DNA of 64,000 nucleotides from an uncultured Methanomicrobiales archaeon (GCA_963758915.1 CAVWXH010000003.1:352001-416000); one strand, 5' to 3'. Shown: positions 1-9,853, counted from the first letter of the stretch. The notes: generated by a model from the sequence alone, not told the origin. Made by a program: numbers and translations.

Positions 1-3000
1 TGTTGGAATCCTGGTATAACCGGGGAATGGCTCCACGTAACGGTTTGCCACGATATAGTTCGTCTTTACCTCGGTATCGGTTCCTATGGCACCTGTTACG
101 GTAAGGTTCACCGTATACCGTCCGGGATTATCATACGTATAGACCGGGTTCTGACTGTTGCTGTCAATGGCACCGTCGCCATTGAAGTCCCATGCCCATG
201 CTGTAATCCCGGTTCCTGTCGAGAGGTCAGTGAAATGGACCGTGAACGGAATGATTCCCGTCGTGGCATCCGCACTGAAGTCAGCAACCGGGGCCACGGG
301 TGCCTCCGAAACGGTGATATAGTCCGTCTTCAGCTCAGAGTCGCTGCCACCTGCATTCGTTACGGTAAGCCTGACTGAGTAGGTACCTGCCGATGCATAG
401 GTGAAGACCGGGTTCTGGCTGCTACTGTCGATTGTACCATCGTTATTAAAGTCCCATGCCCATGAGGTAATTCCTGCGCCGGTTGAGGTATCGTTGAACT
501 GGACGGATAACGGGGCGGTCCCTGCTACCGGGTCAGCGGTGAAGTCAGCAACCGGGGCCACGGGTGCCTCCGAAACGGTGATATAGTCCGTCTTCAGCTC
601 AGAGTCGCTGCCGCCTGCATTCGTTACGGTAAGCCTGACCGAGTAGGTACCTGCCGATGCATAGGTGAAGGCCGGGTTCTGGCTGCTACTGTCGATTGTA
701 CCATCGTTATTAAAGTCCCATGCCCATGAGGTAATTCCTGCGCCGGTTGAGGTATCGTTGAACTGGACGGATAACGGGGCGGTCCCTGCTAACGGGTCAG
801 CGGTGAAGGCTGCAACCGGGGCAGGCACTGTGACCGTGATATAGTCCGTCTTTTGTTCCGTGTCGCTTCCGATTACGTTTGTTACGGTAAGGCTGACTGA
901 ATAGGTACCTGCCGATGCATAGGTGAAGACCGGGTTCTGGCTGCTACTGTCAACAACACCATTGTTGTCAAAGTCCCATGCCCAGCTGGTGATTCCGGTA
1001 CCGGTTGAGGTATCGTTGAACTGGACGGATAACGGGGCAGTGCCCGATAACGGTGCTGCGTTGAAATTGGCGTTGAGCTGTGACGTTACGGTAATCCGGC
1101 CGTTAACAACCTCTGATGTGAGAGCTGCGCCATTTTCAGCATCAAGTTCGAGCACGACAAGGGTAATTCCTGATTCTCCCGGAGTATCCCCCTGGACGGT
1201 AAAGGTCCCCATCGGGACATTCGTTGCACCTGGCTGAATACTCTGGCCGATATCCACACTCTCAACCCACGCCGATGCAGCAGGGATGACGGACGTCCTG
1301 TTCAGGCCAGCCCATGACGGCGGGGTTATTGCAGTTATTGTTCCTGTTGCCGGGTTCTCCAGGGTGATGGATATGTTAGCACCCGAAAGTCCCTCCGGGA
1401 CATTGCTCAGGACGAGCTGGAACTGCTGGCTGCTCCCTGTTGCAATGACGGGCGATGCAGGTGTGATGCGTAATACAATCCCACCTGGCTGAACACCAGA
1501 TACGGTTACGCAGTTGCTTAACAATTTGGTATTGCTTCCTCCGGCATTTGTCACCGTAAGGCTTACAGAGTAAGTACCTGCAGATCCATAGGTAAAGGCC
1601 GGGTTCTGGCTGCTACTGTCGATTATACCATCGTTATTAAAGTCCCATGCCCAGCTGGTGATTCCGGTACCGGTTGAGGTATCGTTGAACTGGACGGATA
1701 ACGGGGCAGTTCCTGAAGAGGGTGTGACAGTGAAGTCAGCAACAGGTGCCGGAACCGGATTCTCCTCGATTATTACCGATGCAGAGGCACTATTATCTGA
1801 CAGGTCCGGGTCGGACGCTGACGAGCTACCAATACTTGCTATATTTGTCTTGTTACCTGTCGATGTGAACGAGGTCACTACAGATAACCAGGCAGTCTGG
1901 TCCTTCTCAAGCGTAGGAATCAACCAGTTAGTTCCTGATATCGTACCGGTGGTGGGGGGGTTTACTGCCATGATTACCACATCTGACAATCCGGCATAAT
2001 TATCCGCGATAACGATATCATGTGCCGCATCAGGGCCCGTATTTGTGAGCGTAACAGTCCATGTGACGTTCTCTCCCACTTGTGCGTTGGAAACTGATGC
2101 TGCCTTTGTTATGGCAAGGTCCGCCTGTTGCACTGAAAGTGTAAGGTCAAATGCCACATGTGCGGTTGCTCCGGCGGTAACCGTTACCGTCTCTGAGGCA
2201 GGGATGTATCCCGCGAGGCTCACGGAAACAGTGTGGTCACCAACGGGCACATCATTGAAGGTTACCGGGGTGACCTGGTGGGTATCAAACCCGTCGATAC
2301 CTATCGCTGCGCCTGCAGGTACTGAGGTAATAGCGATTGATCCATCCTGAGGGGTTTGACCAGTCGGGAATACCAGCTGGATCACATTTCCAGCGACTTT
2401 CGCACCGTCACTATAAACGGCGGTGACACTGAAGTAGTAGCTTTGGCCGGGTTGCAGGTAGCCCCCGAAGTCCCCTCCGTTATAGTGGGTAACATTGTCA
2501 ATGGTCGCGTGGGTTATGTTCCTGTCGGTAATCCAGAACATATACCCATCCGCTGGGTATACCGGGTTTGGATTGTCCTTTGATATGACTACCTTGTAAC
2601 CCGAAAGGTCGGCATCGTGTATAACATCCCAGTTAAGGACAACAACGGCTCCTTCAACCTGGCCTGTTACGACGGGAACGGTGTGTCCGGCTATCTCTTC
2701 AAGCTGGAAATCTGCGGTAACGGTCGAACCTGCTGTAACAATTACACTGGTATCCTGCGGGGTATACCCGGAGAGGCTGACAGCTACGGTATGAGATCCG
2801 GGTGCAACACCCGTTAATGTTGAAGGGGTAGTTGTTCCGGTCGTAGTACCGTCAAGTGTTATCGCTGCACCAGCGGGAGTTGAAGTAACAGATATATTTC
2901 CATTCTGTTGGCTGCCTGCGGAAACGGTAAAGGACGCTTCTGATGACAACCCGCCACCTGGTGCCGTATTGAACACGGTAACCTGCGAAGTCCCTTCGCT

Positions 3001-4467
3001 GGCGATATCGGACGCAGGTATGGGAGCAGTAAGTGTTGTCGGGGATACATACGTGGTCGTCCTGCCAGCTCCGTTCCACCGGATAATACTTCCTGAAACA
3101 AAGTTTGATCCCTGCACGGTCAGGGTAAATGTGGATCCACCTGCTGTTGCTGTATCAGGGCTTATGGAGGTGAGTACTGGCACAGGGTTATCAGGTACTG
3201 GCGTTGTTGTCCCGTCCCATCCGCCAAGCCGTGCCCACATCCACCATGCTGCATATGCCTTCATGTTGGCATTCAGCGGCTCGGTGTGTGCAGCACTGCA
3301 CTGGTACCAGTCTGTTCCCTGTGTGTGGGTATTCTGCCAGGCGGTGGCCCAGTTGCCTCCATTGTAATTGCATCCGTCGTCTGCATTCAGTGCCATATAA
3401 TTGACGAGGCCATCGGGATCATAGCTCTCGATGTCGGCAAAATCGAAGAGGACCTTGTTATTTGCACGACAGAAAGCACGGATCTGCTCGTTTCGCTGGT
3501 TTAAGTTCCCACTCACGCCGGTCCCGACAAGGTGCCCGGTCATGTAGACGAATTTCACCGTTGGATAGTCCAGCTCGAGCTGGTTCATCAGGGTAAGGTA
3601 GGTGTTGATGTTTGCTTCAGAGGTATCTGCCTGTCCGCACCATGACCACATAACGGTATTGATCTCAGGGTGGGAATTCAGGTAGTTTCTCGTTGCTGTT
3701 GCCCAGGCGGTATAATCCGGATTCCCCAGGTCACTCGCACCTGAGAAGGGTGTATCCCTGAGGTCAAGTGCCCCACCGGTCCCGCCGTTGTTCCACCGGT
3801 ACAGTGTGCCCCCGTTTGGAGCGTTTGCAAATGAGGTAAGCCCTGTCATACCGTCGGTAATCTGGCTCCCGTGTGATGTGTGCCCGTAGGCGATATGCAA
3901 CGTTGATGTTGCCTGTTCAATTGCTGATCGAGGTATTACTGCTAATCGTTGTAGTGTTGCATTGTTGTGGTCTGCGATAACTGGCTGCCCCTGCACAGGG
4001 GGTACCGTTACGGTAAAAGAACCTGGCTGGACCGTTGGTGTCAGCCGTTCATCATCATCGTCATTCATTCTTAATACAGTCACTGTTACCGTCGTTGAAC
4101 CTGCTTTCAGGCCCCTGAGGGTAACGGTGGCAAGGGGTATCGACGTGGCACCATCCTGTATTTGTTCAGTCAGGTCCACAGCCTTCAGGTAACAGGAACC
4201 TGAAGGGAAGGTCGAATTTTCTTTCATCGTTACCCAGGCAGGGAATGATACCCCGGTAATTTCGGCAACCGTGGGATCACTCAGGTTAACATTGCAACTG
4301 TAGCCTGACAGACCGGCAGGAGCGGCATCGTAAACAAGGTTCACTGATGCCGAACTACCGATTGCAGTCACCTGGCCGTTTCCTACACTGATGACATCTG
4401 CAGCCGCTGCACAGATTAGCAGCGACAGGCATACCATCACCAGCGCGATCATTGAAGTTTTTTTCAT
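1..4467 (-). CDS. Large secreted scaffoldin-like surface protein, 3' end outside the window: signal peptide, cohesin, SGNH-like domain, IPT/TIG, PEGA, FN3-like, PEGA, DUF11, PKD, second cohesin, 4x PKD, probable C-terminal dockerin beyond the edge
   Basis: Hand-translated open frame from ATG 4467 (MKKTSMIALVMVCLSLLICAAAA; alternative in-frame ATG 4482) to position 1; absent from the ORF track because no stop lies in the window. Cohesin-like GLSGYSCNVNLSDPTVAEITGVSFPAW (~4010-4390) and GLSGANISITLENPATGTITAITPPSWA (~1085-1480). PKD motif WAWDFNNDG..S..QNP..TY...GTYSV.LTV. Ends PFPGYTRIPT, matching the LPG...PT-DPD start of the neighbouring dockerins. Confidence 0.85.
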   Translation of the reverse strand, partial: MKKTSMIALVMVCLSLLICAAAADVISVGNGQVTAIGSSASVNLVYDAAPAGLSGYSCNVNLSDPTVAEITGVSFPAWVTMKENSTFPSGSCYLKAVDLTEQIQDGATSIPLATVTLRGLKAGSTTVTVTVLRMNDDDDERLTPTVQPGSFTVTVPPVQGQPVIADHNNATLQRLAVIPRSAIEQATSTLHIAYGHTSHGSQITDGMTGLTSFANAPNGGTLYRWNNGGTGGALDLRDTPFSGASDLGNPDYTAWATATRNYLNSHPEINTVMWSWCGQADTSEANINTYLTLMNQLELDYPTVKFVYMTGHLVGTGVSGNLNQRNEQIRAFCRANNKVLFDFADIESYDPDGLVNYMALNADDGCNYNGGNWATAWQNTHTQGTDWYQCSAAHTEPLNANMKAYAAWWMWARLGGWDGTTTPVPDNPVPVLTSISPDTATAGGSTFTLTVQGSNFVSGSIIRWNGAGRTTTYVSPTTLTAPIPASDIASEGTSQVTVFNTAPGGGLSSEASFTVSAGSQQNGNISVTSTPAGAAITLDGTTTGTTTPSTLTGVAPGSHTVAVSLSGYTPQDTSVIVTAGSTVTADFQLEEIAGHTVPVVTGQVEGAVVVLNWDVIHDADLSGYKVVISKDNPNPVYPADGYMFWITDRNITHATIDNVTHYNGGDFGGYLQPGQSYYFSVTAVYSDGAKVAGNVIQLVFPTGQTPQDGSIAITSVPAGAAIGIDGFDTHQVTPVTFNDVPVGDHTVSVSLAGYIPASETVTVTAGATAHVAFDLTLSVQQADLAITKAASVSNAQVGENVTWTVTLTNTGPDAAHDIVIADNYAGLSDVVIMAVNPPTTGTISGTNWLIPTLEKDQTAWLSVVTSFTSTGNKTNIASIGSSSASDPDLSDNSASASVIIEENPVPAPVADFTVTPSSGTAPLSVQFNDTSTGTGITSWAWDFNNDGIIDSSSQNPAFTYGSAGTYSVSLTVTNAGGSNTKLLSNCVTVSGVQPGGIVLRITPASPVIATGSSQQFQLVLSNVPEGLSGANISITLENPATGTITAITPPSWAGLNRTSVIPAASAWVESVDIGQSIQPGATNVPMGTFTVQGDTPGESGITLVVLELDAENGAALTSEVVNGRITVTSQLNANFNAAPLSGTAPLSVQFNDTSTGTGITSWAWDFDNNGVVDSSSQNPVFTYASAGTYSVSLTVTNVIGSDTEQKTDYITVTVPAPVAAFTADPLAGTAPLSVQFNDTSTGAGITSWAWDFNNDGTIDSSSQNPAFTYASAGTYSVRLTVTNAGGSDSELKTDYITVSEAPVAPVADFTADPVAGTAPLSVQFNDTSTGAGITSWAWDFNNDGTIDSSSQNPVFTYASAGTYSVRLTVTNAGGSDSELKTDYITVSEAPVAPVADFSADATTGIIPFTVHFTDLSTGTGITAWAWDFNGDGAIDSNSQNPVYTYDNPGRYTVNLTVTGAIGTDTEVKTNYIVANRYVEPFPGYTRIPT
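281..810. repeat. Near-identical intragenic duplication of a PKD module (264-bp period); further diverged copies at ~840-1070 and ~1550-1750
   Basis: tcagcaaccggggccacgggtgcctccgaaacggtgatatagtccgtcttcagctcagagtcgctgcc occurs at 281 and 545. Confidence 0.9.
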
Positions 4468-4695
4468 AGATTTCACTTCCATTGGTTTTATTGTGGTAAT
4501 CTCCACACCACGGGGGACCGGTTTCCGGTCAGCCGTGTTGCATCCGGATATTTCCGGCAGATTTTACTTTTTATATTCACATGGCGGTTCGCAAGGCTGG
4601 TGATACCTGCCGGTACTGCCCGGATGAGCAGGGGCAGCCACCGTATCACCAGCAAGGGTACAGGAATTTTTTTCGTGTAAATCCGGAGCATCTCG

Positions 4696-5874
4696 TTACA
4701 ACTCCTTGAAGAGCATCACGATATCCTGGAACCCGATTACACCGTTTTGATTGAAATCAAAGGCTGAAACCGGCTCATTATCTGCAATCCAGTCTAGATT
4801 TCTGAAAAACAGGACCACGTCGCTGAACCCGGCCTCGCCATTGCCGTTCAGGTCTTCATACAGGTAGTCATGGTCAGGATCGGTCGGGAGAAGTGTGCTG
4901 CCCGGAAGAGCAACAACAGCTGAAATTGCACCAGCCTGTCCGGAATCCTGGTCGATCATTAACGAGGTGGAATCAACCGCTTCAAAGTCAGACCCCTTCA
5001 CCCGTGCCAGTGTATGAAGGGCATCATTGTCCCACTGGTCATCCGGTACACCGGTAATAAACCAGGCCCCCCCGTTATCGCTCAGGATCATGCCGTATTT
5101 TTTCAGGGCGTTTAAGACCACCTGTGCCTGGTATGGGTAACCTGATGTATCAAATGAGGCTTTCAGCCTGAACCTCTGTCCCATTGGAGGGTACGAAGGG
5201 TCCGTAATACCGGACGCATAATGGCGGCCGGGCCAGACATACGCCTTCTGCGTACGGGGGGCTGTAAACCGGATTGCGTGGGTAATTTCCCCGTTTGCCA
5301 CTTCATCGTAACGGACGAGGCCGGGAAGGATCGCGAGGCCTGCAGCATCAGCCGAAGTCCAGCCTGCAGGCCGGAGCTCGTACCCTGACAGGTCGTAAAT
5401 TGCCCCTGATCCAGCGTGCCACGACCCGTCGGGCTGTTTTTCAGCCGCATACAGCTCGTATAACACCTTCTCATCACGCTGGATAATGAGCATGTGGCGG
5501 TCACCCTCACTCGTGCTGCCACCTTCAATCAGTGGATTTGCCGGGATAGGGTAGGGGCCGGGATCACTTTCATCGTCATATTCGAACGTGACGGTTGTCT
5601 TTGTCACTGAATTATCGACAATGTTAAAGGGAATTCCCATGGGAGCTCCCGCATACAGCCCTGAACCAAAATCCGGGTGAAGTGATGAAGTGGTCCCGAT
5701 CCTCGTGACGTAACTGGCAGAATGCGAATCAACAGGCAAATTGTCTACCGGGGTATTCCAGACATGGTCCGCAGGAAAAATCCCGACCCCGCCGGTTTCC
5801 GTAGCAAGTCCACCCTGGATGAGAACGGCTGCGAGGATTACGGTAACAATAACCAGGCGGACAATCGTTTTCAT
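4696..5874 (-). CDS. Secreted protein of unknown function (FPADHVWNTPVD family) with C-terminal dockerin-like double EF-hand module
   Basis: Signal peptide; C-terminus PTDPDHDYLYEDLNGNGEAGFSDVVLFF...AFDFNQNGVIGFQDIVMLFKEL. Confidence 0.85.
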   Translation of the reverse strand: MKTIVRLVIVTVILAAVLIQGGLATETGGVGIFPADHVWNTPVDNLPVDSHSASYVTRIGTTSSLHPDFGSGLYAGAPMGIPFNIVDNSVTKTTVTFEYDDESDPGPYPIPANPLIEGGSTSEGDRHMLIIQRDEKVLYELYAAEKQPDGSWHAGSGAIYDLSGYELRPAGWTSADAAGLAILPGLVRYDEVANGEITHAIRFTAPRTQKAYVWPGRHYASGITDPSYPPMGQRFRLKASFDTSGYPYQAQVVLNALKKYGMILSDNGGAWFITGVPDDQWDNDALHTLARVKGSDFEAVDSTSLMIDQDSGQAGAISAVVALPGSTLLPTDPDHDYLYEDLNGNGEAGFSDVVLFFRNLDWIADNEPVSAFDFNQNGVIGFQDIVMLFKEL

Positions 5875-5878
5875 CGGT

Positions 5879-8026
5879 TTATAGCTCCTTAAACAGCATC
5901 ACGATATCCTGGAAACCGATTGCACCGTTTTGATTGAAATCAAAGGCTGAAACCGGCTCATTGTCTGCAATCCAGTCGATATTTTTGAAAAACAGGACCA
6001 CATCGGTGAACCCGGCCTCTCCGTTGCCATTCAGGTCTTCATACAGGCCATCATGGTCCGGGTCGGTAGGCGGATTTGTGAGGCCTGGAAGGGGTGGCAG
6101 AGCTACTGTGTGGGAGAACTTTTCAATCCGGCTGTTTCCCATATCGGAGACATACACATTGTTGCTGCTGTCTATTGCAATCCCGTTCGGGTTTGTGAAC
6201 TGACCGTCACCATTCCCGGGGGACCCCCACTGGGTCACATATGTCCCATCCGGTTCAAAGACCTGGATCCGGCCACCACCCCAGTCAGCGACATATACCT
6301 TGCCACCGGTATCAAAGGCAATACCTTCCGGGAAATCGAACTGGCTGTTACCTGTTCCGGCAGATCCCCACTGGGTGACGTAGGCCCCGTGCGGGTCAAA
6401 TACCTGGACACGGTTGTTGTTCCCGTCAGTAACGAAGACGTACCCGCTGTTGTTTACCGCGATATCCACAGGATAATCGAACGTGCCGTCAATGCTCCCC
6501 TGTGACCCCCATTTTGTTACATAGGTCCCGTCCGGGCTGAAAACCTGGATCCGGTAGTTCAAACCGTCAGCGACATACACATAACCGCTGCTGTTAATGG
6601 CAATTCCCCTGGGATGGCTTAACTGGCCGTCGCCAGATCCCTGCGATCCCCACTGGGTGACGTAGGCCCCGTTATGATCAAATACCTGGATACGATTATT
6701 ATCCCAGTCGGAAACGTACACGTTACCATCCTGGCCGATGGCGATACCTTTCGGATAATTGAACTGGCCATTGCTGCTCCCGGAAGAACCCCACTGGGTG
6801 ACGTAGACGCCATCGGGGGTGAACTCCTGGATGCGATGGTTGTAGGTGTCGGTAACGAATACGTTCCCGTTGCCGTTCACGGCGATATCAAACGGAGAAA
6901 TGAACTGGCCGTTGCCATTTCCACCCGCACCCCACTGGGTACTATATACCCCTGCCGGGGAAAATTTCTGGATGCGGTTGTTATAGCTGTCGGAAACCAG
7001 CACATCGCCATGTTGGTCGGCAGTAATTCCATAGGGAAGGTTGAACTGGCTGTTGCCGGTCCCTGCAGATCCCCAGAGGGTAACGAACTGTCCGGTCTCG
7101 GTAAATTTCTGGATGCGGTTGTTGTAGGTGTCGGCCACATACACATTCCCAAGTTTGTCAGCTACAAGGTCCAACGGGTAATTAAGCTGGCCTTCACCGC
7201 TCCCCGAAGAACCCCACTGCCTTACAAATACACCGTCCGGGGAAAATACCTGGACGAGGTTATTCCCGTAATCCGCAACGAACAGGTAACCGCTTGAGTT
7301 CGTCGAAATCCCGGTAGGATAGGCAAACAGGCCGTTGCCACCAGGCCATCCCCATGATCCCCACTGCCGGATATATTGCCCTGTGGGGGAAAATACCTGG
7401 ATCCGGTTATTTGACGTGTCTGCAACATACAGGTACCCGCTGCTATTCACGGTTATCCCGATTGGTGCATCAAACTGGCCGTTTCCACTCCCGGTAGATC
7501 CCCACTGGGAAACATATACCCCGTCAGGATCAAACACTTCGACCCGGTTATTGTCCTTATCGACAGCATACAGGTAACCGCTGCTGTTCACAGCAATACC
7601 TGCGATTTCTGCGAACTGCCCGTTACCGGACCCGTAAGACCCAAATTTTGAGAGAAATGAGCCATCGGGAGCGAACTTCCATATGCTGAAATCGGCATCG
7701 TTTGATGCGTAAATGTTCCCAGTACTGTCAGTGGTAATACCCCACGGCAGGCTGATTCCTACGGTTGAGGGTACTGCCCACTCGAAGGTGTAATCTCCAT
7801 TCCCGGCAGGAATACTCGTTGACCTGCCAGAAGGGATAGGTGTAGCCGGGTAAGTCATGGCATGCGGGCCATTCATATCTTCCCCGTCGCCGGGTGAGGA
7901 CGCAAGGTTCACTGGTTTAAGCACTGTAAACTGGCCATTTACCGGATTGGTTGCCATTACACCTGTTGCTGATATACAAACGAATAGCAACAGGAAGGCC
8001 AGGGCAGTTACAAAGATTTTTTTCAT
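5879..8026 (-). CDS. Secreted NHL-repeat beta-propeller protein (about 12 blades) with C-terminal dockerin
   Basis: Repeats WGS.GSGNGQF..P.GIAVNSSG.VYVAD..NNRIQVF; dockerin DPDHDGLYEDLNGNG...DFNQNGAIGFQDIV; start moved to ATG 8026 (MKKIFVTALAFLLLF signal peptide). Confidence 0.9.
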   Translation of the reverse strand: MKKIFVTALAFLLLFVCISATGVMATNPVNGQFTVLKPVNLASSPGDGEDMNGPHAMTYPATPIPSGRSTSIPAGNGDYTFEWAVPSTVGISLPWGITTDSTGNIYASNDADFSIWKFAPDGSFLSKFGSYGSGNGQFAEIAGIAVNSSGYLYAVDKDNNRVEVFDPDGVYVSQWGSTGSGNGQFDAPIGITVNSSGYLYVADTSNNRIQVFSPTGQYIRQWGSWGWPGGNGLFAYPTGISTNSSGYLFVADYGNNLVQVFSPDGVFVRQWGSSGSGEGQLNYPLDLVADKLGNVYVADTYNNRIQKFTETGQFVTLWGSAGTGNSQFNLPYGITADQHGDVLVSDSYNNRIQKFSPAGVYSTQWGAGGNGNGQFISPFDIAVNGNGNVFVTDTYNHRIQEFTPDGVYVTQWGSSGSSNGQFNYPKGIAIGQDGNVYVSDWDNNRIQVFDHNGAYVTQWGSQGSGDGQLSHPRGIAINSSGYVYVADGLNYRIQVFSPDGTYVTKWGSQGSIDGTFDYPVDIAVNNSGYVFVTDGNNNRVQVFDPHGAYVTQWGSAGTGNSQFDFPEGIAFDTGGKVYVADWGGGRIQVFEPDGTYVTQWGSPGNGDGQFTNPNGIAIDSSNNVYVSDMGNSRIEKFSHTVALPPLPGLTNPPTDPDHDGLYEDLNGNGEAGFTDVVLFFKNIDWIADNEPVSAFDFNQNGAIGFQDIVMLFKEL

Positions 8027-8372
8027 GTTTGTCACGCTCGTTTTACCATAATTTCCTGAATAGTGATACGAAGGCTGAAAATTCCGCCCTCGCACTGTAT
8101 TAACCCCGGTGCGTCTGCACCGGCGGTGTTCGGCATCCTGTACGCCATGCAGGTAGTACCTGCTGAAGTTGCCTGCACACCCCGGCCCGATGACCGGATG
8201 ATCCCAGGGACTCCTCCCACTTTCATCTGCTTCGTTTTTCAAACCTCCCCGATTAATGATTTTTTTTAATTTTCACCCATGTTCACTGACATTTCAGAAG
8301 ACGGATTATCGATAGCCAAGGCTGGAGTTACGTCTCTTTCCGGACTTCTCCTTCCGTTGCTACGACCCTTCC

Positions 8373-8740
8373 ACAGCCCTGGCTACTGCTCCCTTTCTTT
8401 TTCGGACCTTCCTACTCCTGGTTGCTATCCTTTGCAGCAAGGGGACGTTGTTTTTACAGCCCTGGCTACTGCTCCCTTTCTTTTTCGGACCTTCCTACTC
8501 CTGGTTGCTATCCTTTGCAGCAAGGGGACGTTGTTTTTACAGCCCTGGCTACTGCTTCCTTTCTTTTTCGGACCTTCCTACTCCTGGTCGCTATCCTTCG
8601 CAGCAAGGGGACGTTGTTTCCACAGCCCTGGCTACTGCTTCCTTTCTTTTTCGGACCTTCCTACTCCTGGTCGCTATCCTTCGCAGCAAGGGGACGTTGT
8701 TTCTACAGCCCTGGCTACTGCTTCCTTTCTTTTTCGGACC
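8373..8740. repeat. 83-bp non-coding tandem repeat, about 4.4 copies, plus a degenerate partial copy at ~8335-8372
   Basis: acagccctggctactgct(c/t)cctttctttttcggacc starts at 8373, 8456, 8539, 8622 and 8705. Confidence 0.97.
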
Positions 8741-8849
8741 TCGCTGATCCCTGTTACCACCAGTATCACCCAGGGACCGTTTTATTGATACCCCGGGGTA
8801 TACCATCGTTTTTTAATAATTACGCTGATCTCGCATTCTGATGTTCCAT

Positions 8850-9560
8850 TTCCTTACGATATCCTGAAAACCAATTCCTCCATTATTCTCGAAATCGAAT
8901 ACGACTCGTTTTCTACAAGCCCGTCATTATCCGGACCGGCAGGGGGACAGATGCAGCCGGGAAGTGATGCGGATATTGGCGCAATTGCAAATTCCTGGCA
9001 ATTAATTCTTTCACTTCCTGTTGAGTATCTGTAGGAGGTCGGCACTGTTCCCACGCTCCTGCTGTATCCTGATATGGCATCGAACCGGTGGGTATCACTA
9101 CCCGTTACCCGGATATTCACCTGACACAGGGGGAATCCCTCCCGGGTCCCCCGGCCCTGCATCCGGGTCATGGTTCTGCTATGCTCCATCTGAATGGTAA
9201 TAGAATCAGGGGCATCCCGGATTGTCGTAGCCTCCATCCACCATTCTGCACAATAATACCGGTGGAGTCCCGGGTTCCAGGCAAGGGTCCGGGTTTCGCA
9301 CGCACTCACGACCACCATGGTTATCTCCTTCTGATTTGCATGGCTCGTAGCAATCATAGTGTGCGGGGACCTGCCCCGGGAGTTGGGAGATGACAGTTGA
9401 CTATAGTTCCTGTCAAAATTACCGCTCACCCGGTGGCCGGCTGTATCCCGGACAGGGTCTGCCGCCATTACTGCAGGCGGCCCGAATACGACTGAGGAGG
9501 CCAGCAATAACAAATGTTTTAGCATTTTTTTCACGTTAGACCACCTTTCAGTTACCATGT
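8850..9560 (-). pseudogene. Decayed remnant of another secreted dockerin-bearing (probably NHL) gene
   Basis: LPGCICPPAGPDNDGLVE, then in a shifted frame FDFENNGGIGFQDIV (compare AFDFNQNGAIGFQDIV); N-terminal VMAADPV resembles VMATNPV of the NHL gene. Confidence 0.7.
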
Positions 9561-9853
9561 CTGGCATGTCAGCCTGTAACATTCTAGACTGGATATCGAG
9601 TTGATATTAAGGTAAGCAATCCGCCAAACGCTCCGTTTACATGATAGAACCTGATGGATCAATCATTCGCTTATGCATCCAGATCCCCTGTTGCATTACA
9701 ATAATGTATACTGATAAGATCATCTATAGTTGTAACCTATTATTATAATGATCTTCCCGGGTATGGAGATACGGTACGGGAGCCGCCCCCGCTACGAGAG
9801 CGTATGAATAACATATCGCCGGGACAACCAGTATGAATAAGGACCAGTGAAAG

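Noticed and set aside
401-4192. Plus-strand ORFs with repeated text (MKTGFWLLLS...)
   Set aside because: Antisense shadows of the PKD/cohesin gene on the minus strand.
8027-8242. N-terminal extension of the 787-aa NHL ORF
   Set aside because: The signal peptide begins at ATG 8026; the extension is not protein-like.
8373-8740. CRISPR array or SRP RNA interpretation (minus strand has aggtccg..ggaagcag)
   Set aside because: No unique spacers or cas genes; the SRP-like words lack the helix-8 pairing and tetraloop geometry.
8279-8841. Three overlapping hydrophobic ORFs across the 83-bp repeat
   Set aside because: The unit is not a multiple of 3, and the pyrimidine-rich strand lacks stops by composition; no start context.
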